NCBI GenBank assembly: GCA_964530625.1 | Contig: CAZHAK010000002.1 | Span: forward strand, 106,756 to 170,755 | Reading direction: 5' to 3' | From: an uncultured Alphaproteobacteria bacterium | GTDB taxonomy: Bacteria; Electryoneota; RPQS01 | Length of the DNA: 64,000 nucleotides | Shown: positions 48,991 to 59,854 of the stretch, piece after piece | Position numbering within the stretch: position 1 is the first letter of the stretch | How the letters are laid out: every line of letters begins with the position of its first letter | Translations under genes and position numbers: made by a program | Notes under the pieces: model-generated | Seen by the model: the letters and a program-made list of their open reading frames with translations, nothing else | What the model was told of the DNA's origin: nothing | The model's database searches: none

Positions 48991-50688
48991 ATGCAACCCA
49001 AATGGGAAATGGTGGAGAGTCGGCCACATGAGGAGATCGAACGCCTAAGCCGACAATCCCAAGTCCCCTACACCGTCGCGCGGATTCTATTGAACCGCGG
49101 GATGGATACGCCTGACTTGGTGGAGCGATTTTTTAATCCTACGCCATCGCAACTTTACGATCCATTCCTGATGGCGGGAATGGAAAAGGCTGTTAATCGC
49201 ATCGTCGAAGCGCTTCAAAACCGCGACCGCATTGCAATTTACGGCGACTACGACGTGGACGGCATTACCTCCGTCTCACTGTTGTATCTGTTTTTGCGCG
49301 ATCTCGGCGGCGACGTCGTGGCGTATATTCCCGACCGCCAAAACGAAGGCTACGGAATTTCTCAGGCCGGACTCGACGAGGTCAAGAAGATGGGTGCGCA
49401 GTTGGTGATCTCGGTGGACTGCGGAATCACCTCCGTAGCCGAAGCGCAGTATGCGAAATCGCTCGGTTTCGAACTGATCATCAGTGATCACCATGAACCA
49501 GCCGACGAATTGCCGGATGCGCTCGCGGTTCTGGATCCCAAGTGCAAGGATTCCGGTTATCCGTTTACGGAGCTTGCCGGAGTGGGCGTGACGTTTAAGC
49601 TCGCGCAAGGCATCACAAAGTCACTCGGACTCGCCAGCGATTACGCGTTCAAGTACATTGATTTGGTCGCGCTCGGCACATCGGCGGACATCGTACCGCT
49701 GATTGACGAGAATCGCGTACTGGTGAAAGAAGGTCTCGAAAAACTCAACGCCGCTCCCGAAGTCGGGTTGGCGAGTTTGATTGAGTCAGCCGGTGTTCGC
49801 GGCGGAAAGATTGACGTCGGGCAAATTGTTTTTAACATCGCGCCGCGAATCAACGCCGTCGGCAGAATGGGCAGCGCCATGCGCGCCGTGCAGCTTCTGA
49901 CCACTCGCGATCAGGTGCAAGCCCGTGAAGTGGCGCAGGTGCTTGAACAAGAAAACCGCCGCCGCAAAGAAATTGACAACGAAACACTCTCGCAGGCCTT
50001 AGAAGAGATTCGTTACACGATGAATCCGTCTGAGCGCCATTCGATTGTGTTATCGCGCGAAGGCTGGCACTCGGGTGTCATCGGAATCGTCGCCTCTCGT
50101 TTGATTGAGAAATTCTATCGTCCGACCGTAATGATCTCCGTTGAGAACGGGATGGGCAAAGGCTCGGCACGCTCGGTCTCGAATTTCGATATTTACAACG
50201 CGTTGAAGGCCTGTTCGGATCTGCTTGAACAGTTCGGCGGACACAAGTATGCCGCCGGGTTGACAATCCCTGCGGAAAATATTCCCGCCTTCAAGCAACG
50301 GTTTGAGGAGTCCTGCAAGGAGCTGATGACTGCTGATGATCTCGTGCGCAAGGTGCGCATCGAAAGTGAAATCGTGCTGGATGAGATTACACCGGAAGTG
50401 GTGAGCACGCTGAAGAAATTCGAGCCGTTCGGTCCGCATAACACGCGCCCGACGTTTGTGTCCCGCGAATTGGGAACAGCCTATCCGCCACGTATCGTCG
50501 GGCAAAATCATTTGAAACTAATGGCGTCCCAGCACGGGACGCAGTTTGAAGCCATTGGGTTTAATTTAGGTGATCATATAGACAAATTCATGAATGGCCG
50601 CAGGTCTTATGAAATGGTTTATGTGATCGAAGAAAATGAATATCAGAATCGAAAAACGACGCAGTTGCGCATAAAGGACATCCGATGA
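48991..50688 (+). CDS. recJ: single-stranded-DNA-specific exonuclease RecJ
   Basis: DHH (DHHEPA) and DHHA1 domains. Confidence 0.85.
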   Translation: MQPKWEMVESRPHEEIERLSRQSQVPYTVARILLNRGMDTPDLVERFFNPTPSQLYDPFLMAGMEKAVNRIVEALQNRDRIAIYGDYDVDGITSVSLLYLFLRDLGGDVVAYIPDRQNEGYGISQAGLDEVKKMGAQLVISVDCGITSVAEAQYAKSLGFELIISDHHEPADELPDALAVLDPKCKDSGYPFTELAGVGVTFKLAQGITKSLGLASDYAFKYIDLVALGTSADIVPLIDENRVLVKEGLEKLNAAPEVGLASLIESAGVRGGKIDVGQIVFNIAPRINAVGRMGSAMRAVQLLTTRDQVQAREVAQVLEQENRRRKEIDNETLSQALEEIRYTMNPSERHSIVLSREGWHSGVIGIVASRLIEKFYRPTVMISVENGMGKGSARSVSNFDIYNALKACSDLLEQFGGHKYAAGLTIPAENIPAFKQRFEESCKELMTADDLVRKVRIESEIVLDEITPEVVSTLKKFEPFGPHNTRPTFVSRELGTAYPPRIVGQNHLKLMASQHGTQFEAIGFNLGDHIDKFMNGRRSYEMVYVIEENEYQNRKTTQLRIKDIR

Positions 50689-51158
50689 GCACTCGCCGCC
50701 TTAAAATTTTGGCCATGTTAATCGTGGCCGCAGGTGTTTTGGGTATGGGCCGCAAGGAAGCCAAGAATCAAGAGGCTCCGCCCGCTTCGATCAGCGGAGT
50801 GACGGGCAAAGTCGAGATTTGGGAAGGCAACTTCATGCCCATGATCGACAAGGACAAACGCGACAAGCAGATCACGCCCGGCGCGGGACTACGCGTGCGG
50901 CTTCATGAGGCGGTCAAAGGGCTGCCGGGTGCCAGCGTGGATTCAATCTCCGCCCCGATTGTTGCCGAAACCGTTTGCGACGATAAAGGGAAGTTCACAA
51001 TTCCCTGTCCGGAGGGCACCTACAGTCTGTTTGTGGAAGACGGCGACACTTGGTATGCCAACGGGTGGAACGGCGAAGGCGTGCAGGGCGCGGTGGTGGT
51101 TGAGCCAAAGAAAATGACCGAAGTCTTAATCAAGAACACACGTAAAGCGACATTCTAA
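50685..51158 (+). CDS. secreted carboxypeptidase-regulatory-like domain protein
   Basis: Signal anchor; GKFTIPCPEGTYSLFVEDGD pattern. Confidence 0.45.
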   Translation: MSTRRLKILAMLIVAAGVLGMGRKEAKNQEAPPASISGVTGKVEIWEGNFMPMIDKDKRDKQITPGAGLRVRLHEAVKGLPGASVDSISAPIVAETVCDDKGKFTIPCPEGTYSLFVEDGDTWYANGWNGEGVQGAVVVEPKKMTEVLIKNTRKATF

Positions 51159-51946
51159 TGCGCCGGAGTTGTTATCTTGCACTTGCGCTGCTATTTCTGT
51201 TGACAAGCTCAGCGACTGCTCAATATCCCGTCAGCTTGCTACCCGCGGTCTCGGACGAAGACACTCAGGACGCGGATTCGCTTGTGGCAGACACCGTCGT
51301 GGCGATTCCCGCTCAGTCTGAGTCTGAAATGGCCTCGGAGCTGAAGAAACAGGCTTTGACATGGGTACGCAGATTAATTTATCGCGGATTTCTGGATGAT
51401 CAAGTGACGGGAACAAGTGCGACCTATGCGCTGACCGAATGGTCGGAGTCATCAGGACCTCACGGCCCCGTGCTGGCGCACGTGAGTGTGGTGTATTTGG
51501 GATCCGTGTCATGGTTGGGCAAACCATCGACTTGGTTTCAAGCGACATACAAAAGCTTGGACGGTGATCGTCCGTCCGTTGACTTTGATCTGGTGCTTGC
51601 GGGGCGCGACCAATTGGGAGAAGCCTATCGCGCGCTTTGGCGAGTAAACAAAGAAGAACTCACCGCCTTTAGCTTTGAAGTGCCTTCCTCGGAGTTCGAT
51701 AGCGACCGCGATGACAAGCCGCGATCAGGAGATCAAACGACGCTTAAACTCTATTCAGGTGATTTTCCGGTTACGCTCTATCGCGGATCCGGTACAGACG
51801 GAGCGAAGGTAATTGCTTATCGCACCAAGGATGTGCCGCCGCTCAGTTTGGTCCGCTTAAGCTATGGCAATATGAGTCTGAACTTGCGCGACCGCGCGTC
51901 AGACGTTGAACCGAAACTACAGGTCCCGCTTCCCACTTCACGATAG
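51158..51946 (+). CDS. hypothetical secreted protein
   Basis: Signal peptide only. Confidence 0.4.
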   Translation: MRRSCYLALALLFLLTSSATAQYPVSLLPAVSDEDTQDADSLVADTVVAIPAQSESEMASELKKQALTWVRRLIYRGFLDDQVTGTSATYALTEWSESSGPHGPVLAHVSVVYLGSVSWLGKPSTWFQATYKSLDGDRPSVDFDLVLAGRDQLGEAYRALWRVNKEELTAFSFEVPSSEFDSDRDDKPRSGDQTTLKLYSGDFPVTLYRGSGTDGAKVIAYRTKDVPPLSLVRLSYGNMSLNLRDRASDVEPKLQVPLPTSR

Positions 51947-51960
51947 AAAAGGAAGCTCTC

Positions 51961-52824
51961 ATGCAGTACGCTATTGTAATTTCGCTGCTAGTGGTCACAC
52001 AACTCTTTGCCGCCGAGTTCAAAAAGGAAGGCGGAGACTACGTTTATCGCGACACCCTACGGTTTGAAGAGTCGGCTCTGGACTTGTCAAAGCTCGACTG
52101 CGAGGCCGTCAACGGAGAAATCCAACTGACGGGCGAAGACAGAAATACAGTCAGTGTCACGGCCTTCGTCAGGATCGAAGCCGAAGATCTCAAAGATGGC
52201 CAGGCATATCTGAAAGGGTTCAAACCGGTGGTTGAGCGAGACGGCGCGACACTAAAGGTGTACACAGTCCATCCCGACTCCAAGATTTCGTGGGATGATC
52301 TTAACGCGAACATTGATTTTGTGATTGTTGCACCAAAACAGCTTAACCTCGAAGCGTCCTGCGCCAACGGCGAGATAACCGCAGTAGGGATGACGGGCGG
52401 CGCGGATCTCTCAAGTGCGAACGGCGAAATCTCTTTTGTTTCGCTGGACGGAGTGCACAGCTCCATTGACGCTTCCTGCGCGAACGGAGAAATCACTATT
52501 GACGTCGCCAAGTTGCACGGCGATTCCAAATTCAGTACGGCCAACGGCGAAATCAGTATCACGGTTCACAAGACACTTGCCGGAAACATCTCCGCTTCCA
52601 CGGCGAACGGCGCGATTGAACTCGCTCTGCCGGAGAATTCAAGCATGAAAGTCTCGGCGAGTACATTGGTCAACGGCTCTATTTCGTCGGATTGGAGCGG
52701 CAATCGCGAGGAGAGTCTTATTGGAGATGAGTATGAACTGGTTGTCAATGAAGGACAGTATCTTGTGGAATGCAGCAGCGTCAATGGTGAGATATCCATT
52801 CGCAAGGCGAACCAGGCAAATTAA
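51961..52824 (+). CDS. DUF4097 beta-strand-repeat protein (putative adhesin)
   Basis: Repeated (S)ANGEI(S/T) units about 20 aa apart. Confidence 0.6.
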   Translation: MQYAIVISLLVVTQLFAAEFKKEGGDYVYRDTLRFEESALDLSKLDCEAVNGEIQLTGEDRNTVSVTAFVRIEAEDLKDGQAYLKGFKPVVERDGATLKVYTVHPDSKISWDDLNANIDFVIVAPKQLNLEASCANGEITAVGMTGGADLSSANGEISFVSLDGVHSSIDASCANGEITIDVAKLHGDSKFSTANGEISITVHKTLAGNISASTANGAIELALPENSSMKVSASTLVNGSISSDWSGNREESLIGDEYELVVNEGQYLVECSSVNGEISIRKANQAN

Positions 52825-52836
52825 ACATTCAACTTT

Positions 52837-54447
52837 TTGAAGCGACTACCTACCAACGTTCGTCCCTCTGATCCCGGCTTTGCAGAAAACGCGGCAGCGA
52901 TGCGCGTGTTAGTTGAAGATTTGCGCACGAAGCTCAGCGCACTTCATCCAGCGGCGGGTACAAAGCAACATATTGAACGGCATGTGTTGCGCGAGAAATT
53001 ACCCGTGCGCGAGCGCCTGAATCGTCTGTTTGATCCGGAGTCTCCGTTTTTGGAATTGAGTCCCTTGGCCGCGCACGGGATGTATGATGACGAAGCTCCC
53101 GGGGCAGGGATGGTTTCGGGGATCGGAGTTGTGCACGGCCGGGAAGTGCTGGTGGTAGCCAACGATGCGACCGTCAAAGGGGGAACCTACTTCCCGATGA
53201 CGATCAAGAAGCATTTGCGTGCACAGGAAGTGGCGATGCAGAATCATCTGCCGTGTATATATTTGGTGGACTCGGGCGGAATTTTTTTGCCGGAACAAGC
53301 CGGAACGTTTGCAGACCGTGATCACTTTGGCAGAATATTTTACAATCAGGCGAATCTAAGTGCGAAGAGGATTCCGCAAATCGCGATCGTAATGGGGTCA
53401 TGTACGGCAGGCGGCGCGTATGTCCCCGCGATGTCGGATGAAACTGTCATTGTCAAGAACACCGGAACGATTTTTATTGGTGGTCCTCCGTTGGTAAAAG
53501 CGGCGACAGGTGTGGACGTAAGCGCAGAAGAGTTGGGCGGCGCGGATGTGCACACGCGCATCTCCGGTGTTGCAGATCATTTTGCGGAAAACGACGGACA
53601 CGCTCTCGAAATCGCAAGGTCCATCATCGAAGCGATTGGGCCAAGACCCAAGTTCGAATTCGATCGTGAATCTCCGGAAAAACCGCACTATGACCCGGAA
53701 GAACTGCTTGGGTTGGTTCCCGTGGATGTTCGCAAATCGTTTGACATGAAAGAAGTCATTGCCCGGATTGTCGACGGCTCGCGCTTTCAGGAATTCAAAG
53801 CACGATACGGCACGTCGCTGGTTTGCGGCTTCGCCAGATTGCACGGCTATCTGGTGGGTATCGTCGCAAACAACGGTGTCCTTTTTGGCGAATCGGCCAA
53901 GAAGGGTGCGCATTTCATCGAGTTGTGCTGTCTCAGGAAAATTCCTCTGGTCTTTTTGCAAAACATAACAGGTTTTATAGTCGGCAAGGAATACGAACAC
54001 GGCGCGATTGCTTCTGACGGCGCGAAGATGGTTCATGCTGTGGCTTGTGCCAATGTTCCGAAGTTCACAGTTGTGATCGGCTCTTCCGCTGGCGCGGGAA
54101 ATTACGCGATGTGCGGCAGAGGTTACAGTCCGCGGCTGTTATGGATGTGGCCGCATTCGCGCATCAGCGTGATGGGTGCTCAGCAGGCTGCCGACGTCTT
54201 GGTGCAGGTCAAGCGTGAACAGCTTGAAGCAAAGGGCGGGAAACTTTCTGAGCAAGACGCGGAAGCGATTCGTGGCCCTGTGCTTGAGCAGTATGATCGG
54301 GAAGGCAATCCCTATTATTCCACTTCGCGATTGTGGGACGATGGAATTCTTGATCCGCTGTCGACACGAGATGCGATAGGACTGGGAATCGCGATGTCCG
54401 CGAATGCACCGGTGCCTGATTACCAGCCCGGCGTCTATCGTATGTAA
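52837..54447 (+). CDS. methylcrotonyl-CoA carboxylase carboxyltransferase (beta) subunit
   Basis: Duplicated crotonase-like CT domains, 536 aa; context with BC/BCCP/hydratase/ACAD. Confidence 0.8.
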   Translation: MKRLPTNVRPSDPGFAENAAAMRVLVEDLRTKLSALHPAAGTKQHIERHVLREKLPVRERLNRLFDPESPFLELSPLAAHGMYDDEAPGAGMVSGIGVVHGREVLVVANDATVKGGTYFPMTIKKHLRAQEVAMQNHLPCIYLVDSGGIFLPEQAGTFADRDHFGRIFYNQANLSAKRIPQIAIVMGSCTAGGAYVPAMSDETVIVKNTGTIFIGGPPLVKAATGVDVSAEELGGADVHTRISGVADHFAENDGHALEIARSIIEAIGPRPKFEFDRESPEKPHYDPEELLGLVPVDVRKSFDMKEVIARIVDGSRFQEFKARYGTSLVCGFARLHGYLVGIVANNGVLFGESAKKGAHFIELCCLRKIPLVFLQNITGFIVGKEYEHGAIASDGAKMVHAVACANVPKFTVVIGSSAGAGNYAMCGRGYSPRLLWMWPHSRISVMGAQQAADVLVQVKREQLEAKGGKLSEQDAEAIRGPVLEQYDREGNPYYSTSRLWDDGILDPLSTRDAIGLGIAMSANAPVPDYQPGVYRM

Positions 54448-54449
54448 CG

Positions 54450-54902
54450 ATGGAAAGCGCGATCTTTGACGAGGAACAAGAAATACAATTGCGCAGACCG
54501 CTTGCCCTATTTTCCGGCGCGGCGTTTTTCGTGATCCCTTTGTTTACGACGATGCCCTTATGGCTCATTCTGCTGATGTTTTCCATGGGAATCGGAATGA
54601 GCACTTTGATCAGTGCGTTTATGAAAATGCGTACACGTGTAACACAAACCACTCTGACGTTCGGCCCCGCAATCTTTTTCAAGACCATCCCGGCAACTGA
54701 TTTGCACGTCGTCGGACCGACCAAGATTCCTTTAATGGCAGGTGTCGGGATTCATCGCTATCGTGGAAAAATCTATTACAACATGCGACTGGGCAAAGGC
54801 TTAGAAGTTCGACACGACAAGAAAGTTTATGTGATCGGTACTGCGAAGATGGACGAGTTTCAAGCGGCCCTAAGAGATCAGGCAAGGATAGTGGGCAAAT
54901 GA
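54450..54902 (+). CDS. hypothetical membrane protein (2 TM + soluble domain)
   Basis: ORF, TM helices. Confidence 0.4.
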   Translation: MESAIFDEEQEIQLRRPLALFSGAAFFVIPLFTTMPLWLILLMFSMGIGMSTLISAFMKMRTRVTQTTLTFGPAIFFKTIPATDLHVVGPTKIPLMAGVGIHRYRGKIYYNMRLGKGLEVRHDKKVYVIGTAKMDEFQAALRDQARIVGK

Positions 54903-55681
54903 GCAGTCTGCGTGTTGAGAAAGACAGCAGTGTTACAACGCTTTATTTGGCCCGTCCTGAAGCGCGTAATGCATTTCATGCCGAGATGATTGCCGAGTTG
55001 ACGGACACGCTGCGCAGTCTTAGTCGAGATGATTCCGTCAGAGTGCTTGTCCTTGCTGCGGACGGTCCGACTTTTTGCGCGGGCGCGGACGCGAATTGGA
55101 TGAAGTCACAAAAGGGTGTGACAGAAGCTGAAAATCTTGCTGACGCTGAGAAGATTTTTGATTTGTTTCGAGCCGCCTACGAGTTCTCGCATCCGATAGT
55201 CGCGCGAGTACAAGGCGGCGCCTACGGCGGCGGCGCTGGGTTGATCTGCTGTTCGGATATAGTCGTGATGGCTGAAGATGCACAGACTGCGTTTTCCGAG
55301 GTGCGATTGGGCGTCGTTCCGGCGGCGATTTCTGCTTTTGTATTGCGCAAAATCGGTGAAGGCCGGGCGCGCGAACTGTTTTTGTCGGGTCGAAGAATCA
55401 GCGCACAGGAGTGCTTACGCTTGGGATTGGCGACGGAGATTGCACCCGCAGATAAATTAGATGATGCGGTTTTAATGTGGACGGAAGAACTCTTAAAAGC
55501 TTCGCCAACTGCGCAAACTCTTACCAAAGAGCTGTTACGGGAAGTGCCGATGCTGTCGCTTGACGAAGCTCGAAAATTTACTCCAGCGCGTATTGCTAAG
55601 CAACGTGTAAGCCCTGACGGTCAGGAAGGTTTGGCGGCGTTGCTTGAAAAAAGACAGCCAGTTTGGAGCGCGAAGAAGTGA
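54899..55681 (+). CDS. enoyl-CoA hydratase (methylglutaconyl-CoA hydratase-like)
   Basis: Crotonase fold, oxyanion GGG. Confidence 0.8.
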   Translation: MSSLRVEKDSSVTTLYLARPEARNAFHAEMIAELTDTLRSLSRDDSVRVLVLAADGPTFCAGADANWMKSQKGVTEAENLADAEKIFDLFRAAYEFSHPIVARVQGGAYGGGAGLICCSDIVVMAEDAQTAFSEVRLGVVPAAISAFVLRKIGEGRARELFLSGRRISAQECLRLGLATEIAPADKLDDAVLMWTEELLKASPTAQTLTKELLREVPMLSLDEARKFTPARIAKQRVSPDGQEGLAALLEKRQPVWSAKK

Positions 55682-57180
55682 TTCGCAAATTACTGATAGC
55701 CAATCGTGGTGAAATTGCCGTTCGTGTAATGCGCACAGCGCGCGCGTTGGGAATTCGCACGATTGCTGTTTACAGTGACGCGGATCGTGACGCGCTGCAC
55801 GTCGGGATTGCGGACGAAGCCGTGTATATCGGCGCGTCGCAGGCTGCTGAGAGTTATCTGAATATTGAGAAAGTCATTGCCGCCGCGCGCGAACATGGCG
55901 CAGACGCCGTGCATCCGGGCTACGGGTTTCTTTCAGAAAATCCGAAATTCTCGACCGCAGTTCAGTTAGCGGGTTTGATTTTTGTTGGCCCACCGGCTGA
56001 AGCGATGGGACTTCTGGGCGACAAGATTGCGTCGCGCGAATTGGCAATCAAGCAGAACGTTCCGATTACTCCGGGCGCACTGCTGCCCTACGCGACGACT
56101 GAGCAAGCGCTTGTTGAAGCGGAGAAGATCGGCTATCCGGTTGTGATTAAGGCTGCGGCGGGCGGCGGTGGCAAGGGTATGCGCATCGTTCGCAAAGCTG
56201 AGGACATTGAGCACTCCTTGGATTCAGCCAAGCGCGAAGCGAAGTCCGCATTCGGTGACAATGCGGTTTATCTTGAAAAATATCTAGACAATCCGCGTCA
56301 CATCGAGTTTCAGGTGTTTTGCGATAATCACGGCAACGCGGTTCATTTAGGCGAGCGCGAATGCTCGATTCAGCGTCGCCACCAGAAGATTATCGAGGAA
56401 TCTCCCAGTGTTGCGTTGTCTCCGGAGTTGCGGAAGCAGATGGGCGAGGCGGCGTTGCGCATCGTCACAGCTGCAAGCTACCGTAACGCAGGCACTGTTG
56501 AATTCTTGCTTGACGGCGACAAATTTTACTTTCTGGAAGTCAATGCGCGCTTGCAGGTTGAGCATCCGGTCACGGAACAGGTCACTGGTGAAGACCTAGT
56601 CGCGTGGCAGCTCGCCGTGGCTTCAGGCGAGAAACTCCCACGAACACAAAATCAGATTTCATTTCGCGGACATGCCATCGAGTGCCGAGTCTACGCAGAG
56701 GACCCCGCCAACGGATTCTTGCCGTCGACGGGAACGATTTTGAAACTCGAAGAGCCGCACGCACCCGGCATTCGTATCGACTCCGGAATTCGCGAAGGTT
56801 TTGAAGTGCCGATCTTTTATGATCCGATTCTGAGTAAGATCATCTGCCGGGCCGAAAGCCGCGAATTAGCGATTCAGAGAATGCGCGACGCGCTGAAACA
56901 CTATGTGATCCTCGGCGTGCGTACACCGATTGGTTACATGCAGGATGTTCTGGCGCATCCGGAATTCGTGAAGGGCAATCTTTCTACACACTTTCTGGCA
57001 GATTACTTCTCAGAATGGGAAGAGAAGTTGCCGACACGCACTGCACTTGCAGCGATGCTCGCGGTCGCCAATGAAACAGGGCGCGAAGTCACGCGCAGCT
57101 CGAACTCGAACGGTAAGGTGTCAATTCCTTCACCCTGGGCGACTTTGGGTGATTGGAAAATGGCAGGTGCGGGTTCATGA
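55678..57180 (+). CDS. biotin carboxylase subunit of acyl-CoA carboxylase
   Basis: ATP-grasp BC domain; GTG start gives MIRKLLIANRGEIA and a GTGA overlap with the hydratase. Confidence 0.85.
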   Translation: MIRKLLIANRGEIAVRVMRTARALGIRTIAVYSDADRDALHVGIADEAVYIGASQAAESYLNIEKVIAAAREHGADAVHPGYGFLSENPKFSTAVQLAGLIFVGPPAEAMGLLGDKIASRELAIKQNVPITPGALLPYATTEQALVEAEKIGYPVVIKAAAGGGGKGMRIVRKAEDIEHSLDSAKREAKSAFGDNAVYLEKYLDNPRHIEFQVFCDNHGNAVHLGERECSIQRRHQKIIEESPSVALSPELRKQMGEAALRIVTAASYRNAGTVEFLLDGDKFYFLEVNARLQVEHPVTEQVTGEDLVAWQLAVASGEKLPRTQNQISFRGHAIECRVYAEDPANGFLPSTGTILKLEEPHAPGIRIDSGIREGFEVPIFYDPILSKIICRAESRELAIQRMRDALKHYVILGVRTPIGYMQDVLAHPEFVKGNLSTHFLADYFSEWEEKLPTRTALAAMLAVANETGREVTRSSNSNGKVSIPSPWATLGDWKMAGAGS

Positions 57181-57662
57181 AAAAGTTTTTTCGCATAGCA
57201 GGACACACTATTTGCGGCACGTTCAAGCGTCACTCACCGACAGACGTGGAGATCACGGCCTTCGATGCGACGACGACCTTCAAGGTGACTACGAGCGGCA
57301 GGCGTGTCACCGTCGGGAACGAAGACCATAGCTACAACACAATGACTGCGCGCAGTAAAGACAAGATTTTCGTTTGGCTCGATGGCCGTGTCTATGAATT
57401 GCAGGAATTCGAGGAGACAGAAGCCGCGGACAATCTCAACGCGAGTGACGACATTCGCGCGCCGATGCCCGGGATCATAATCAAGTTGAATGTAGCCGTC
57501 GGCGACGATGTCAAGGCTGATCAGATTGTGGCCGTTTTGGAAGCGATGAAGATGGAGCATAATTTGCGCGCACCGCGCTCGGGCAAAGTGGCCGCATTGA
57601 CCGTGGCTGTGGGGCAAACCGTACCGGCTGATTTACCATTGGTGCATTTGGAGACCGAGTGA
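57177..57662 (+). CDS. biotin carboxyl carrier protein
   Basis: EAMKME biotinyl-Lys motif; ATGA overlap with BC. Confidence 0.75.
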   Translation: MKKFFRIAGHTICGTFKRHSPTDVEITAFDATTTFKVTTSGRRVTVGNEDHSYNTMTARSKDKIFVWLDGRVYELQEFEETEAADNLNASDDIRAPMPGIIIKLNVAVGDDVKADQIVAVLEAMKMEHNLRAPRSGKVAALTVAVGQTVPADLPLVHLETE

Positions 57663-58465
57663 GCGACCTGTTGACCCCGCGTTTCGTTTATGTCGGAATT
57701 CATGACGCGCTCGACGCGATTCCACGCTTGACGGAATTGGGCTTGGGTATCGAGGTAATGTTCAACTCGACAACAGATATTTGGCCGAAAATAAAGTGGG
57801 ACGTGCTGCTGGGGTTGGCCGACGACTTTGCGGAAGCCGAGCTACCCGTCGCGTGTCACGGACCGTTTTATAATCTCGCCGTGGCGGGCCGGGACGCTCA
57901 TATTGCAGAGTATTCGTATCAATCTTTGTCAGCGGGCATCGAGGCCGCGCGAGTATTGGGCTCTCCTCTGATGGTCTTTCACACAGGCTATCTTCCGCAA
58001 ATGACTCCGACTAGTCGTGAGAAGTGGCTTACGACATTTTGCGAGAAACTGACGCGCTTGCTGGACGTCGCCTCGACCAACGGTATCGTACTGGCGATGG
58101 AGAACACATACGAACCGGACACGACGTTGTTTGAAGAGATTTTCGCGCAAGTGCAGCATCCGTTCCTTGGAATGTGCTTCGACACTGGGCATGCGGCCTG
58201 TTTTGCGACGATTCCTCCCACCGATTGGATAGAAAAATTTTCCGAGCAAATTGTTCACCTGCATTTAAGTGATAATGACGGACTCTCCGATTTGCACTGG
58301 GGATTAGGCAAAGGCGTCGTTAATGTTTCAACGCTGATTGGCCCACTTTTGTCCCGCGGAGCGCGACCGTCCGTTACTTTTGAAGTTTCATTAGATGAAG
58401 CGAAAGCCTCAAGCGACTATTTAACACGATCGCTGGCGGCTTCGCTGCCTTCCAGCCATGACTAA
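57659..58465 (+). CDS. xylose-isomerase-like TIM-barrel protein (sugar phosphate isomerase/epimerase family)
   Basis: AP_endonuc_2-type motifs (LAMENTYEP, FDTGHA, HLHLSDN). Confidence 0.65.
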   Translation: MSDLLTPRFVYVGIHDALDAIPRLTELGLGIEVMFNSTTDIWPKIKWDVLLGLADDFAEAELPVACHGPFYNLAVAGRDAHIAEYSYQSLSAGIEAARVLGSPLMVFHTGYLPQMTPTSREKWLTTFCEKLTRLLDVASTNGIVLAMENTYEPDTTLFEEIFAQVQHPFLGMCFDTGHAACFATIPPTDWIEKFSEQIVHLHLSDNDGLSDLHWGLGKGVVNVSTLIGPLLSRGARPSVTFEVSLDEAKASSDYLTRSLAASLPSSHD

Positions 58466-58646
58466 TTCCGAAAAAAAGCCCAAGCCTCCCAAGCCTGCAG
58501 ATCTGGAAAAGATTGAGCGCATGCTTCGAGACGCCGATATTTCGCCTGAAGAATATCAGGCACTTAAAGAAGAATTAAAGCGAAACCGCCGCCGCAACGA
58601 GGGCGCGGGCGATAATCCGTTGGATAATATGTATGAAGAATTTTAA
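58458..58646 (+). CDS. small SHOCT-like protein
   Basis: 62 aa; ISPEEYQALKEELKR pattern; 8-nt overlap with upstream gene. Confidence 0.35.
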   Translation: MTNSEKKPKPPKPADLEKIERMLRDADISPEEYQALKEELKRNRRRNEGAGDNPLDNMYEEF

Positions 58647-58661
58647 GGAATACACCCTCCG

Positions 58662-59828
58662 ATGAGTCTTGGAGACAGACTGCCACTCACTGAAGAGCAA
58701 AAAATGCTGCGCGACATGGTGCGTGATTTTGCGCAGAACAAAATCAAGCCAATAGCCGCTGAGATTGACGAAACCGAGCGCTTTCCTGAAGAAATTTTTG
58801 CGGAGATGGGCGAGCTGGGTTTAATGGGTATACCCTATCCCGATGAATACGGCGGAGCAGGCATGGACTACACGTCGTATGCTTTGGCTGTAGAAGAAGT
58901 CGCGAAAGTCTGCGGTTCGACCGCGCTGGGATTGGCGGCTCACATTTCATTGGGCTGCGGCCCGATCTATCTGTTCGGAACAGAGCAACAAAAGAAAAAA
59001 TATCTGCCGGATCTTTGTGCCGGCAAACACATGGGCGGTTTCGGCTTGACCGAGCCGCAAGCGGGCAGCGACGCGGGCGCGACCAAGACAACGTGTTTGG
59101 ATCAGGGAGATCACTTCCTCTTGAACGGCACAAAAGTCTATTGCACAAACGGGTCCTACTCGAAAACCTATGTAGTCAGCGCTCTGACCGAAAAGGGCAA
59201 AGGCACTCGCGGTATAAGCTGTTTCATCGTAGAACGCGACTGGGACGGTTTCGCGGTCGGCAAGAAAGAGCGCAAGCTCGGCGTGCGCGGCTCTGATACC
59301 GTTGTTTTGCATTTTAACGACGTCAAAGTTCCCAAGGGAAATCTGCTCGGCAATCCCGGCGAAGGCTTTAAGCAGATGCTGGTGACGTTGGACGGCGGCA
59401 GAATTTCTATCGGCGCGATGGCGTTGGGACTTGCGGAGGGCGCCTATCTCGAAACGCTAAAGTATGTCACGGGCCGTCAAGCCTTCGATCAACGAATCGC
59501 GGACTTTCAAGCCACGCAATTCAAACTTGCGGACATGTTTGTGAATATCGAAGCCGCGCGTCATTTGATTTTTGACGCGGCACGCAAGAAAGACAACGGT
59601 GAAGAGTTTGCTCGCGAGGCCGCGATGGCCAAGCTGTTCGCCAGTGAAGTCGGCGCGAAAGTGACGTCACAAGCGATCCAGTTGCATGGCGGCTACGGCT
59701 ATATCCGCGAGTATCCAGTCGAACGCATGTTCCGCGACAATAAGCTGACGGAAATCGGTGAAGGCACGTCGGAGATTCAACGACTCGTCATCGCCCGCTC
59801 GCTCCTTAAAGAGTGGGACGCAGCGTAA
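58662..59828 (+). CDS. acyl-CoA dehydrogenase (isovaleryl-CoA dehydrogenase-like)
   Basis: ACAD N/M/C domains, catalytic Glu near C-terminus. Confidence 0.85.
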   Translation: MSLGDRLPLTEEQKMLRDMVRDFAQNKIKPIAAEIDETERFPEEIFAEMGELGLMGIPYPDEYGGAGMDYTSYALAVEEVAKVCGSTALGLAAHISLGCGPIYLFGTEQQKKKYLPDLCAGKHMGGFGLTEPQAGSDAGATKTTCLDQGDHFLLNGTKVYCTNGSYSKTYVVSALTEKGKGTRGISCFIVERDWDGFAVGKKERKLGVRGSDTVVLHFNDVKVPKGNLLGNPGEGFKQMLVTLDGGRISIGAMALGLAEGAYLETLKYVTGRQAFDQRIADFQATQFKLADMFVNIEAARHLIFDAARKKDNGEEFAREAAMAKLFASEVGAKVTSQAIQLHGGYGYIREYPVERMFRDNKLTEIGEGTSEIQRLVIARSLLKEWDAA

Positions 59829-59854
59829 TCGCCTTGCGGAAGCACAAAGTCTAA

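Noticed and set aside
53398-54036. 212-aa minus-strand ORF within the MCC-beta gene
   Set aside because: Antisense to a well-supported carboxyltransferase gene; no features.
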